Of a stretch of 64,000 nucleotides of DNA, positions 39,465 through 48,515 are shown piece by piece. Each line of letters begins with the position of its first letter. The first letter of the stretch is position 1. The translations under genes were made by a program, and so were the position numbers. The notes beneath the pieces are model-generated. The model saw only the letters and a program-made list of their open reading frames with translations, was not told the DNA's origin and made no database searches. Origin of the DNA: Pseudomonadota bacterium (lineage in GTDB: Bacteria > Desulfobacterota > Binatia > UBA9968); NCBI GenBank assembly GCA_021324155.1, contig JAJPJQ010000014.1, positions 1,166 to 65,165 on the forward strand, given 5' to 3'.

Positions 39465-39504
39465 GTCTTTGCCCTCCCGCCGTTTGAGGGAGGGGAGACC
39501 TTTT
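39465..39504 (+). terminator. Hairpin/attenuator between the RAPP leader and the porin gene
   Basis: GTCTT(TG)CCCTCCC-loop-GGGAGGGGAGAC followed by CTTTT. CCCTCC is also complementary to the downstream GGAGGG RBS. Confidence 0.5.
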
Positions 39505-39519
39505 ACCTGGAGGGTGAGT

Positions 39520-40803
39520 ATGAGCGCATTTCGCGATGTGGCGCGGACCGTTTCGTCGTGCGCGGTATTGCTGGTGGTTACGTTGCTGGCGGACCCGGCG
39601 CGCGCGCAGGAAGATGTCATTCAGTCTCTCAAGAACTCCCTGGCTGATATCCAGAGGCAGCTCAAAGACGCGCTCACGCGCATCGAGCAGCTGGAAAAAG
39701 AAAAAGCGGCGGCGGCTGAAAAGGTCGAGGAGGTCGAGTCCTCGACATCGTCGCGCTTGGGGCAGGTGGAAAAATCGGTTCAGGCGGTGCAGAGCGCGGC
39801 CTCGGCGCTGAACCCGGCGATCGGCGCGGTGCTCGACGCCAACGTCCAGCACCGAAGTAAAACCGGCGGCAATTTCGATTTCCGCAGCGCCGAAATCGGG
39901 CTGGCGGCGTCGGTCGACCCATTCGCCCGCATGTACGCGTTTATCAACGGAACGAAAGACGGCGTCGAGGTCGACGAAGCGGCAGCGATCACCACCTCGC
40001 TGCCGTGGAACTTGACGGCCAAAGGCGGACGCTTCCTCGCCGACTTCGGCCGCTTTCCCAAGACGCACGAGCACGAGCTGCCGTTCGTCAACGAGCCCCT
40101 CTCAATCGAGCGGTTTGTCGGCGGCGAGAGCCAAGCCGACGGAGTGGAAGTGAGCTATCTTTTTCCCACGCCGTTCTTCCTGCGCGCCACGATGGGCGGC
40201 ATGAATAAAATCGGCGAAGCCAACGACCGGACCAGCAACGGCAAAAACCGCGCCTGGAGCAGATTCACCTATCTCACGCGACTTAATAGCTACCTGGACC
40301 TCAACGACAATAACAACGTAGAGTTTGGAACCAGCTTCGCGTACACGCCGAGCGTTCGCCTGCGCCACGATACATCGGGCGGCCCGCGCTTCCTCGGCGG
40401 CGTCGATCTGACCTACCGGTACCAGCCGCTCGGCAGCGTCATTTACCAGGGTCTCACAGTCGGGTCCGAGCTCTTCGTCAACAATGAGCGGCTATTCGCC
40501 GACGATGTGGCGCAGCGGCGCACAGCATTGGGCGGGTATAGCTACGCCGAGCTCAAGCTCAACAAGAACTGGTCAACCGGATTTCTCTTCGACTACGCCC
40601 CGGGCCTGTCGAGCCCGGGAAAGAAGACGATCGGGTATTCGCCGTTCCTTACCTGGAACATCAGCGAGTTCAACCGCCTTCGCTTCCAATTTACCCATGC
40701 CGACGATCATGTCCGCGAGGACAAGGACGATGGCGGCAATCAGTTCTTTCTCCAGTGGACGACCGTCATCGGCGCGCATACGCACGGCTTTGTCGGGCGT
40801 TAA
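39520..40803 (+). CDS. Outer-membrane porin/receptor with N-terminal coiled coil, metal-uptake associated
   Basis: Signal peptide, coiled coil, THEHELPF, beta-strands and C-terminal IGAHTHGF. Confidence 0.78.
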   Translation: MSAFRDVARTVSSCAVLLVVTLLADPARAQEDVIQSLKNSLADIQRQLKDALTRIEQLEKEKAAAAEKVEEVESSTSSRLGQVEKSVQAVQSAASALNPAIGAVLDANVQHRSKTGGNFDFRSAEIGLAASVDPFARMYAFINGTKDGVEVDEAAAITTSLPWNLTAKGGRFLADFGRFPKTHEHELPFVNEPLSIERFVGGESQADGVEVSYLFPTPFFLRATMGGMNKIGEANDRTSNGKNRAWSRFTYLTRLNSYLDLNDNNNVEFGTSFAYTPSVRLRHDTSGGPRFLGGVDLTYRYQPLGSVIYQGLTVGSELFVNNERLFADDVAQRRTALGGYSYAELKLNKNWSTGFLFDYAPGLSSPGKKTIGYSPFLTWNISEFNRLRFQFTHADDHVREDKDDGGNQFFLQWTTVIGAHTHGFVGR

Positions 40804-40825
40804 AAAAAATGAACGAGGAGTTAAC

Positions 40826-41758
40826 ATGAAGCCGTTAATGAAAAAGAAAATTTTCATCGCCATTTTGTTCGCTCCTGCGCTGGCTTTGGTTCCGGCGCGC
40901 ATTTTGTACGCGCAGTCGATCCGCGTGGTCGCCACATGGCCGGCGCTCGCCGACATCACCAAGCAGATCGGCAAAGAGCAGGTCAGCGTCGAAAGCCTCG
41001 CGACGGGAGTCGAGGATCCGCACGGCGTTCCTGTGAAACCGAGCTTCGTGCCGAAGCTCAACCGCGCCAACGTGCTGATTCTTACCGGGCTCGACGACGA
41101 GCACTCGTGGCTGCCGGCTCTGCTGGAAGTCGCGAGTAATCCGAAGCTCATGCCCGGACAGCCGGGCTACATCGATTGCTCGGTCGGCATACCCGTGGTC
41201 GACGCGCCGGCGCGCCTCGACCGCGCCGAAGGGGATTTGCACCCGAAGGGCAACCCGCACTATCTCCTCGATCCCGTGCGGGCCAAAACGGTGGCGCAGA
41301 ATATCGCCGCGGGCCTTTCGCGGAATTTTCCGCAGCATCAGGCGTTGTTCGAGCGCAACCTCAAGGCGTATCTCGCCGAGCTAGACGACTGGATCGGACG
41401 CTGGCAAAAAATCGCCGCGCCGCTCAAGGGAGTCAAGTTCGTCGAATATCATCCTGAGTGGGCCTATTTCGCCAATCGCTTCGGTATGAAGCGCGTCGGC
41501 AGCGTAGAGATCAAGCCCGGGATCGAGCCGACGCCGAATTATCTCGTGAGCCTCGTCCAGGAGATCAAGGAGCAGAAAGCGCAGGTCTTGCTCTATGGCG
41601 CGCAAAACCCGCGCCTGCCGCAGCAGATTGCCGGCGAGACCGGCATCAAAGTGCTGCGGCTTTACAGCAGCGGCGGCGGGCGGCCCGAGACGGACACCTA
41701 CATCAAATGGATCGACTACACCGTTCGCACGCTTGTCGGTGCGGTGGGGAACGGTTGA
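40826..41758 (+). CDS. Metal ABC transporter solute-binding protein (ZnuA/TroA cluster A-I)
   Basis: EDPH, GNPHYLLDP, YH and KPGIEPTP. Confidence 0.92.
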   Translation: MKPLMKKKIFIAILFAPALALVPARILYAQSIRVVATWPALADITKQIGKEQVSVESLATGVEDPHGVPVKPSFVPKLNRANVLILTGLDDEHSWLPALLEVASNPKLMPGQPGYIDCSVGIPVVDAPARLDRAEGDLHPKGNPHYLLDPVRAKTVAQNIAAGLSRNFPQHQALFERNLKAYLAELDDWIGRWQKIAAPLKGVKFVEYHPEWAYFANRFGMKRVGSVEIKPGIEPTPNYLVSLVQEIKEQKAQVLLYGAQNPRLPQQIAGETGIKVLRLYSSGGGRPETDTYIKWIDYTVRTLVGAVGNG

Positions 41759-41761
41759 GCC

Positions 41762-42472
41762 ATGATGAAATCTGCAACCGCGGAAGACGAAAAATTATCC
41801 ACCAGAGCGGCGCCGCTGGTCGCGCTCGACGGCGTCGCTATCGGCTATAGCTCGGCGCCGGTCGTCGAAGGCGTCGATCTAGCGATACGTACCGGCGATC
41901 TCATCGGCTTCGCGGGCCCGAACGGGTCGGGAAAAACGACGATCCTGCGCGCGATCCTGGGGCTTTTGCCGCCGCTGCGCGGAAGCATTACGCGCTCGTG
42001 CGCGCTCTCCGCATTCGGCTACGTGCCGCAGAGCGCCGCGCTCGATCCGCAGTTTCCGCTGAATGTTTCTGAAATCGTCGAGATGGGCGCCTACGGCCGC
42101 GTAACGCGGTTCGGGATTCTGCCGCACAGCGAGCGCCGGCGGATCGCCGAAGTCCTGGAGCAGGTCGGACTGCCGCATCTCGCCGGGAAACCCTTCTTCT
42201 CGCTCTCCGGCGGGCAGAAGCAGCGCATCCTGATCGCACGTGCTCTGATGGTGAACCCAAAGATCATGATCCTTGACGAGCCGCTTTCCGGCGTCGACCG
42301 CGCCTCGCAGCGCGCGATCACCGAATTGCTCATCAAGCTCAACCACGAGCGGCGCCTCGCAATATTTTTTTCGAGCCACGATCTGGAAATGGTGCGCGAG
42401 GTCTCGGAAAAAATCCTGCGGATCGACAAGGGCAAAGTGTGGTGGGAGGAGAAAGGAGCGGTGTTGGCCTGA
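41762..42472 (+). CDS. Metal ABC transporter ATPase (ZnuC-like)
   Basis: GPNGSGKT, GYVPQ, LSGGQKQR, LDEP and SSHDL. Confidence 0.95.
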   Translation: MMKSATAEDEKLSTRAAPLVALDGVAIGYSSAPVVEGVDLAIRTGDLIGFAGPNGSGKTTILRAILGLLPPLRGSITRSCALSAFGYVPQSAALDPQFPLNVSEIVEMGAYGRVTRFGILPHSERRRIAEVLEQVGLPHLAGKPFFSLSGGQKQRILIARALMVNPKIMILDEPLSGVDRASQRAITELLIKLNHERRLAIFFSSHDLEMVREVSEKILRIDKGKVWWEEKGAVLA

Positions 42473-43918
42473 ATGGAAACGTTGCTGCAGATTCTCAATC
42501 CATCCTATCTTCTCTTTCCGGCGCTCGTCGGCAGCGCGATTCTGGGGTTCGTATGCCCCTCTGTCGGCGCCTATCTGATCCTTAGAAGGACGATCTTTCT
42601 CGGCCTTACGCTGCCGCAAGTCGCCGCCGCCGGCGTCGCGTTCGCGTTTTGGATGGCTCAGCTCGGTTTCGCGGCGGCGTTCCCGGCGAGCGAGCGTTTT
42701 TTGGGAATGGCGGGCTCGCTCTTGTTCACGTTCGTCGCGCTGCTGCTGTTCGCGTATTTCGAGCGGCGGGGCAAGGGAACCGCCGAAGGCCGGCTCGCCG
42801 CGGCGTACGCCTTGGCCGGCGCGCTGACCATTCTCTTCATCGTCTTCAATCCCGCGGGCGAGATCGAGATCCTCGGTATGCTGAAGGGTGAGGTGCTTTC
42901 GCTCGCCAAAGGCGAGATCAAACTCCTCGCTGCCGTCTTCGGCTTCGTGGTCGCGGCGATGTTTCTTTTCCGCAGAGAGTTTCTGTTGAGCGCCTTCGAT
43001 CGCGATCTGTCGTTTCTGCTGAAGGGCGGCAATACGCTCTGGGACGTCATTCTCTATTTGCTTGCCGGCCTCAGCATCGCCGTCGGCGTCATCATGGCCG
43101 GACCACTGTTGATCTTCGGCTTTTTGGTGCTGCCGGCGCTGGCGGCGAAGCCGATCGTCAAAGGCATGACGGCTTTCTTGTGGCTCGCGCCGCTGCTCGG
43201 GGTGCTGATGGCGTTTCTCGGTTTTTACCTCTCGGTCAAGCTCGACACGCCGCTCGGTCCGACGGACGTCGCGGTCGGCTGCGCCATGTTGTTTATCGCG
43301 AACCTCGCGCGCGCTCTTCCGTTGCGCTCGGCGGCTACAGCACTGATGGTCATCATCGCATCGCTGTTCGCCGGCTGTGCTTCGGTGCAGGCGCCCGCGG
43401 CGTTTCCGGCGCCCGGAAGCGCGCCGCTGTGGCTCGCGCGGCCGAGCAACGACACGAATCTCAACCTGGCTCTGCCGGAAAACAACCCGCTGCGCTCGCT
43501 CGCGGAGATGGCAGGGAAAATTCCCAACGAATCACGCCAAACCGTTATGGACCTGCTCCGGGACGAGCTGCAAAGCGAGCTCAAGCGGCGCGGCTTCCAG
43601 GTCTCGCGTCCAGAGGAAGCCGATAAGCGCATCGCCAATTTTCCGTTTGCCGCCGAAACCGCCGCCGGCAATGCGCGCCAGGGAAAGCTTGCGGGGCTTC
43701 TCCTATTGACGGACATTCTCCGCTGGAACGCCGACTCCAGGCAATTCATCGGCGTGATCGCGGATTTCAAATTAATCCGCATCGTCGACGGCGCGACGCT
43801 CTGGCAGCGCCGCTACCAGCGCGCGGTGCCGACGCCGAGCGCGACCAATCTCGCACAAGCGTCTTCGGACGCGGTGAAAATGGTCGTGCGCGATATTTTA
43901 GACCCGGCCGGCTCCTAA
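42473..43918 (+). CDS. Metal ABC-3 permease fused to a C-terminal lipoprotein-like domain
   Basis: About 290 aa of ZnuB-like TM region (RRTIFLGLTLPQVAAAG, SAFDRD), then a lipobox-like LFAGC and an ~175-aa soluble domain. Confidence 0.85.
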   Translation: METLLQILNPSYLLFPALVGSAILGFVCPSVGAYLILRRTIFLGLTLPQVAAAGVAFAFWMAQLGFAAAFPASERFLGMAGSLLFTFVALLLFAYFERRGKGTAEGRLAAAYALAGALTILFIVFNPAGEIEILGMLKGEVLSLAKGEIKLLAAVFGFVVAAMFLFRREFLLSAFDRDLSFLLKGGNTLWDVILYLLAGLSIAVGVIMAGPLLIFGFLVLPALAAKPIVKGMTAFLWLAPLLGVLMAFLGFYLSVKLDTPLGPTDVAVGCAMLFIANLARALPLRSAATALMVIIASLFAGCASVQAPAAFPAPGSAPLWLARPSNDTNLNLALPENNPLRSLAEMAGKIPNESRQTVMDLLRDELQSELKRRGFQVSRPEEADKRIANFPFAAETAAGNARQGKLAGLLLLTDILRWNADSRQFIGVIADFKLIRIVDGATLWQRRYQRAVPTPSATNLAQASSDAVKMVVRDILDPAGS

Positions 43919-43964
43919 TCCGCGCTCATTGCGACGCGAAATCGATTGCTGTTACACTGCCTGC

Positions 43965-44846
43965 ATGCGCCGTGGTTTCCTCGCGCTCGCAGTCATTTCA
44001 GTCACGGTCGCCTTCGGCTTTGTATCGTGCAGCTGGCGCGCCGCGTCGAAGGTGATGCCATGGGCCGGCCGCACCCCGAAAGTCGCGCTGGTGCTTCCCG
44101 GGATCGGCGCGCGCGGCTTCGCCCACGTCGGCGTCATCCGCGTTCTCGAGCGGCAGAAAATCCCGATCGACATCATCGTGGGCACGGATACCGGCAGCCT
44201 GATCGGCGCGATCTACGCCGAGCGAAAAAGCGCGTCGGATTTGGAGCGCATCGCGTTGGCGCTCGAAGAAAATGACATCTTCGATTACGACTTCATCAAT
44301 CCGACGCAGGGATTCGCGCGCGGCGAGCGGCTGGAAAATTTCATCGTGAAGCGGGTCTCCTCGCGCGACATCGAGCGGCTGAGAATGCCTTTCGCCGCGA
44401 TGGCGACGGATCTGGAGACCGGCGCGGCGGTGGCGCTCACGTCCGGCTCGCTCGCGCGCGCGGTGCGCGCATCGACCGCAATTCCGGGGATTTTCGCGCC
44501 GGTCGCGCACGAGGGAAAGCTCCTCACCGACGGCCTCGTGCTTGACAACGTTCCGATCGGCACGGCGCGGAAGCTCGGCGCCGATGTCGTGATCGCGGTT
44601 GACCTCACCGACGGCATGCCCGCCGCGCAGACGAAAAATACTTTCGAGACTCTGCTGCAGAGTCTGTTTCTCGCCACGCGACAGTCGTCCGCGCTCGCAT
44701 TGCGGCAGGCCGACGTTGTCATCCGCCCAAAGCTCGGCAACGCCGGCCTGATGGACTTCACGCGCAAGAAAGAGCTCGTCGCGCTCGGCATGGCGGCGGC
44801 GGAAGAAGCGCTGCCCGCGATCCGCAACAAAATCGGAATCAAATAA
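43965..44846 (+). CDS. Patatin-like protein with degenerate catalytic motifs
   Basis: PGIGARGFAH, GTDTG in place of GxSxG, AVRASTAIPG, and DGL in place of DGG. It has a lipoprotein-like N-terminus. Confidence 0.85.
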   Translation: MRRGFLALAVISVTVAFGFVSCSWRAASKVMPWAGRTPKVALVLPGIGARGFAHVGVIRVLERQKIPIDIIVGTDTGSLIGAIYAERKSASDLERIALALEENDIFDYDFINPTQGFARGERLENFIVKRVSSRDIERLRMPFAAMATDLETGAAVALTSGSLARAVRASTAIPGIFAPVAHEGKLLTDGLVLDNVPIGTARKLGADVVIAVDLTDGMPAAQTKNTFETLLQSLFLATRQSSALALRQADVVIRPKLGNAGLMDFTRKKELVALGMAAAEEALPAIRNKIGIK

Positions 44847-44862
44847 TTCGAGGAGAGCGCCG

Positions 44863-46209
44863 CTAGGTCTTGGCGCTTTGCTCCTTGGTCTCTGCAGGCT
44901 TTTTGTGCGTCGCCTCGAGCTTCACTTTCACGATGCGCCGGCCTTCCATGTCGACGATTGTCAAACGGTAGCCGTTGTGCTCGACAACCTCGCCGCCGCG
45001 CGGAATGCGTTTAAGCTTCGCGAGCACGAAGCCGGCGAGCGTCAGGTACTCGGGCGACTCCTCGAACGGGAGATTGTAGTCGGTTTTTAAATCCTTCAAT
45101 TGCGCCGAGCCCTGGATCACCAGCGAGCCGTCGGGCAGGCGCTCGACCGGCCCGCGCTCCTCACGGTCGTACTCGTCGCGGATCTCGCCGACGATCTCTT
45201 CGAGGAGATCCTCGAGCGTGACCAGGCCCTCGACCTCGCCGAACTCGTTCACCACCAGCGCGATCGCGATGCGACGGCGCTGGAGATCCTTCAGCAGCTG
45301 GCTGATCGGCAGCGAGCTCGGCACAAAGAACGGCGGATGCAGATGTTCGCGGATATGGAAGACCGCTTTTTCCTGGATCGCGCGCAGCAGGTCCTTGTAA
45401 TAAAGAACGCCGACGACGCGGTCGAGCTCGCCCTCATGGACCGGGATGCGCGAGAAGCCGCTCTCGACGAAGCTTTTAAGCACCTCTTCGGAAGTGGCGT
45501 TGACTTCCAGCGCGTGAATCTCTGTACGCGGTATCATCACCGCCTTCACCGGCGTGTCGACGAACTCGAAGACGCTGTGAATCAGTTCCTTTTCCGTCTC
45601 GTTGAAAATGCCTTTCGCCGCGCCCTCGCGAATGAGCGATTTTACTTCCTCTTCGGAGATGAAGGTTGCGTCGCCGGCGCCTTTGCCGCCGAAGAGCCTC
45701 AGCACGGTGTTGCTCGACGCCGTAAGAATGGCGACGAACAACGCGGTCATGCGCGAGAAAAATTCGATCGGCCGCGCTACCATGAGAGCGATACTCTCGG
45801 AGTAGCGTAGCGCGAGCGATTTGGGCACGAGTTCGCCCAGGATCAGTGAGAAATAGGCGATCGGCCCGCTGACGAGGACGATGGTGAGCGATTCCGCCCA
45901 CTCCTGGACAAAAGGAACTGGCGCCGACTGGATCAACGGCTTCAGATACTTGATGGAGGCAGCGCCACCGATCGCAGAGGCGAGCGTGGCCATGAGTGTG
46001 ACGCCGATCTGCACGGTTGCGAGGAAGCGGTCGGGATCGTCTTTGAGGCGCGCCACGGCGGCGGCCGAGCGGACGCCTTTTTCCAAGAGGCTCTGGATGC
46101 GGGTCTTGCGCGTGGCGATGATCGCGATCTCGGAGGCGGAGAAAAATGCGGTGATCAATATGAAAACGAAAATCAGCGCGACCTCGAACCACAAGGTATC
46201 GAGAGACAT
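44863..46209 (-). CDS. Hemolysin-family/CNNM (DUF21-CBS-CorC) membrane protein
   Basis: FFSASEIA, GELVPKS, CBS pair (FSRIPV, NEFG...TLEDLLEEIVGEI) and CorC TLAG. Confidence 0.93.
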   Translation of the reverse strand: MSLDTLWFEVALIFVFILITAFFSASEIAIIATRKTRIQSLLEKGVRSAAAVARLKDDPDRFLATVQIGVTLMATLASAIGGAASIKYLKPLIQSAPVPFVQEWAESLTIVLVSGPIAYFSLILGELVPKSLALRYSESIALMVARPIEFFSRMTALFVAILTASSNTVLRLFGGKGAGDATFISEEEVKSLIREGAAKGIFNETEKELIHSVFEFVDTPVKAVMIPRTEIHALEVNATSEEVLKSFVESGFSRIPVHEGELDRVVGVLYYKDLLRAIQEKAVFHIREHLHPPFFVPSSLPISQLLKDLQRRRIAIALVVNEFGEVEGLVTLEDLLEEIVGEIRDEYDREERGPVERLPDGSLVIQGSAQLKDLKTDYNLPFEESPEYLTLAGFVLAKLKRIPRGGEVVEHNGYRLTIVDMEGRRIVKVKLEATHKKPAETKEQSAKT

Positions 46210-46313
46210 AGAATAAGCCCCCTCAGGGTTCCGGAATATTCTCGAAACAACGATCATACCGGTTTTTGACCCGTCCGACAAAGGCTTGGAGAGCGGGTCG
46301 TCTTTGGAGTAGG

Positions 46314-48515
46314 ATGGCGCGAAGGAACGCCGTGGCGAACAATCTTCGCGAAAAATCCCTGCTGCAAGGCACGATTACGCGCATCACTTATCAGGACGCG
46401 GACGCGCCCTATACGGTTGCGCGGCTGGAGGTCGACGACATCGAGGAAGTCACCGTCGTCGGCGGTATTTTCCCCGTGAGCGAGGGCGAGGAGATCAAGG
46501 TCGGCGGCAGTTGGAAAATACACCCGCGCTACGGCCTGCAGTTTCAAGCCGAGCACTGGGAGAAAATCGAGCCGGCTACTCTCGCCGGCATCGAAAAATA
46601 CCTGGGCTCCGGGCTCATCAAGGGCATCGGACCGAGCTACGCCAAGCGGCTCGTCGCAGCGTTCGGCCTCAATACGCTCAAAGTCCTCACCGACGAGCCG
46701 AGCAAGGTCATGAAAGTCTCCGGCATCGGCCGCGTTCGCGCCGCGCGCATCCTGCGCGCTTGGCGCGAGCAGCGCGGGATGCAGGACGTCATGGTTTTTC
46801 TTCAGGGCCACGGCGTCGGCAGCTCACTGGCGCTGAAAATCTACCGCGCCTTCGGCGCCGAGACCGTCGCGCGCGTGAAAGAGAATCCGTACTGCCTCGC
46901 CGAGGAGATTTACGGCGTCGGCTTCATTCTGGCCGACCGTATCGCGTCGACGCTCGGCATCAGCGGCGACTTCCCGCTCCGCGTCCAAGCGGGACTCATG
47001 CACGTGCTCAAGAAATTCGCCGACGACGGACACTGCTATGTGCCGCTTAAGGCGTTGAAAGCGAACGCTGCCGCGCTGCTCCAGGTAGATGAGGACGTCG
47101 CCGAGCACGCGGTCGGAAAGCTCGCATTCGAGGGAAAGCTCGTCGTCGACGAGCGCGGCGACGACGAAGACAAGCGCGTCTACCCGCGCGATCTCTACGA
47201 GGCGGAGCGGAGCGTCGCCGCGCACATCCAGCGGCTGATGGCTAGTCCATCGGACATCAAAGGCTTGAAGGCATTCAACCTTTCCGCACTTCAACGCTCC
47301 GATTCCGCATCCGTGCTCCTCGAGCCCGAGCAACGCGACGCGATAGTCCATGCGCTTAGCCACAAGATGCTCGTCATCACCGGCGGCCCGGGCACGGGGA
47401 AAACCACGCTGCTCATCGCATTGTTAAAAATTCTCAAGCACGCGGAAGTCTCCTTCGCCCTGGCGGCTCCGACCGGCCGTGCGGCAAAACGCATGGCCGA
47501 GCTCTCCGGCGAAGAAGCGCGCACGATCCATCGCCTGCTCGAGTACAATCCGCACGAGGGTGGCTTTCTACGCGACGAGGGCGATCCGATCCAGGCATCC
47601 GTGATCGTGGTCGACGAAGCGTCGATGCTAGACCTACCGCTGTTCGATCATCTGCTTACCGCGGTTGCGCCGGAAAGTCACCTCGTTCTCGTCGGCGACG
47701 TCGACCAACTGCCGTCGGTTGGCCCCGGCGGCGTGCTGCGCGATCTCATCGATTCGAAGGCCGTGCCGGTCGTCGTGCTCAAGCGGATTTTTCGCCAGGC
47801 CGGCGAGAGTCTCATCGTTCAGAACGCGCACCGCATTCTCCGCGGCGAGCAGCTGACGCTCGAAGCCGACGCCGACCGGCGGGATTTTGTTTTCATCGTC
47901 CGCGAGCGCGAAGAAGACGCACTCGGCGTTATCCAGGAACTCGTGAAGGAGCGCATCCCACGCCGCTTCGGCGTCGACGGCGCGCAGGATATCCAGCTCC
48001 TGAGCCCGATGCATCGAGGACTCCTCGGCACCGTGAACCTCAACCGCGAGCTCCAGCAGCTGCTCAATCCCGCCGGCTTGAGCATCGAGCGCGGCGGCAC
48101 GACTTTGCGGCTGAACGATCGCGTGATGCAGCTCAGAAATAATTACGACAAAGGCATTTTCAACGGCGACCTGGGGAGAATCACCGCCGTCAATATCGAA
48201 GAAGGGGAGCTCGCCGTAGACTTCGACGGCAAGCGGATTCCCTACAACGCCGACGATCTCGACGAGATCGGCCTCGCCTACGCGATCTCGGTGCACAAGA
48301 GCCAGGGCAGCGAATATCCCGTCGTGATCATTCCGCTGCACACGTCGCACTTCCCCATGCTGCACCGCAGCATCCTTTATACCGCGGTGACGCGCGGCCG
48401 CGAGCTCGTCGTGCTCGTCGGCAGCAAGCGCGCGGTCGCGATGGCGATACGGAATATCCGGATCGAGAAAAGATTTACGGGGTTGAAGGAGAGGCTGCAG
48501 GGGAATAGTTTTTGA
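46314..48515 (+). CDS. recD2: ATP-dependent RecD2-like DNA helicase
   Basis: HhH IKGIGP, GGPGTGKT, APTGRAA, DEASM, GDVDQL and HKSQGSE. Confidence 0.95.
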   Translation: MARRNAVANNLREKSLLQGTITRITYQDADAPYTVARLEVDDIEEVTVVGGIFPVSEGEEIKVGGSWKIHPRYGLQFQAEHWEKIEPATLAGIEKYLGSGLIKGIGPSYAKRLVAAFGLNTLKVLTDEPSKVMKVSGIGRVRAARILRAWREQRGMQDVMVFLQGHGVGSSLALKIYRAFGAETVARVKENPYCLAEEIYGVGFILADRIASTLGISGDFPLRVQAGLMHVLKKFADDGHCYVPLKALKANAAALLQVDEDVAEHAVGKLAFEGKLVVDERGDDEDKRVYPRDLYEAERSVAAHIQRLMASPSDIKGLKAFNLSALQRSDSASVLLEPEQRDAIVHALSHKMLVITGGPGTGKTTLLIALLKILKHAEVSFALAAPTGRAAKRMAELSGEEARTIHRLLEYNPHEGGFLRDEGDPIQASVIVVDEASMLDLPLFDHLLTAVAPESHLVLVGDVDQLPSVGPGGVLRDLIDSKAVPVVVLKRIFRQAGESLIVQNAHRILRGEQLTLEADADRRDFVFIVREREEDALGVIQELVKERIPRRFGVDGAQDIQLLSPMHRGLLGTVNLNRELQQLLNPAGLSIERGGTTLRLNDRVMQLRNNYDKGIFNGDLGRITAVNIEEGELAVDFDGKRIPYNADDLDEIGLAYAISVHKSQGSEYPVVIIPLHTSHFPMLHRSILYTAVTRGRELVVLVGSKRAVAMAIRNIRIEKRFTGLKERLQGNSF

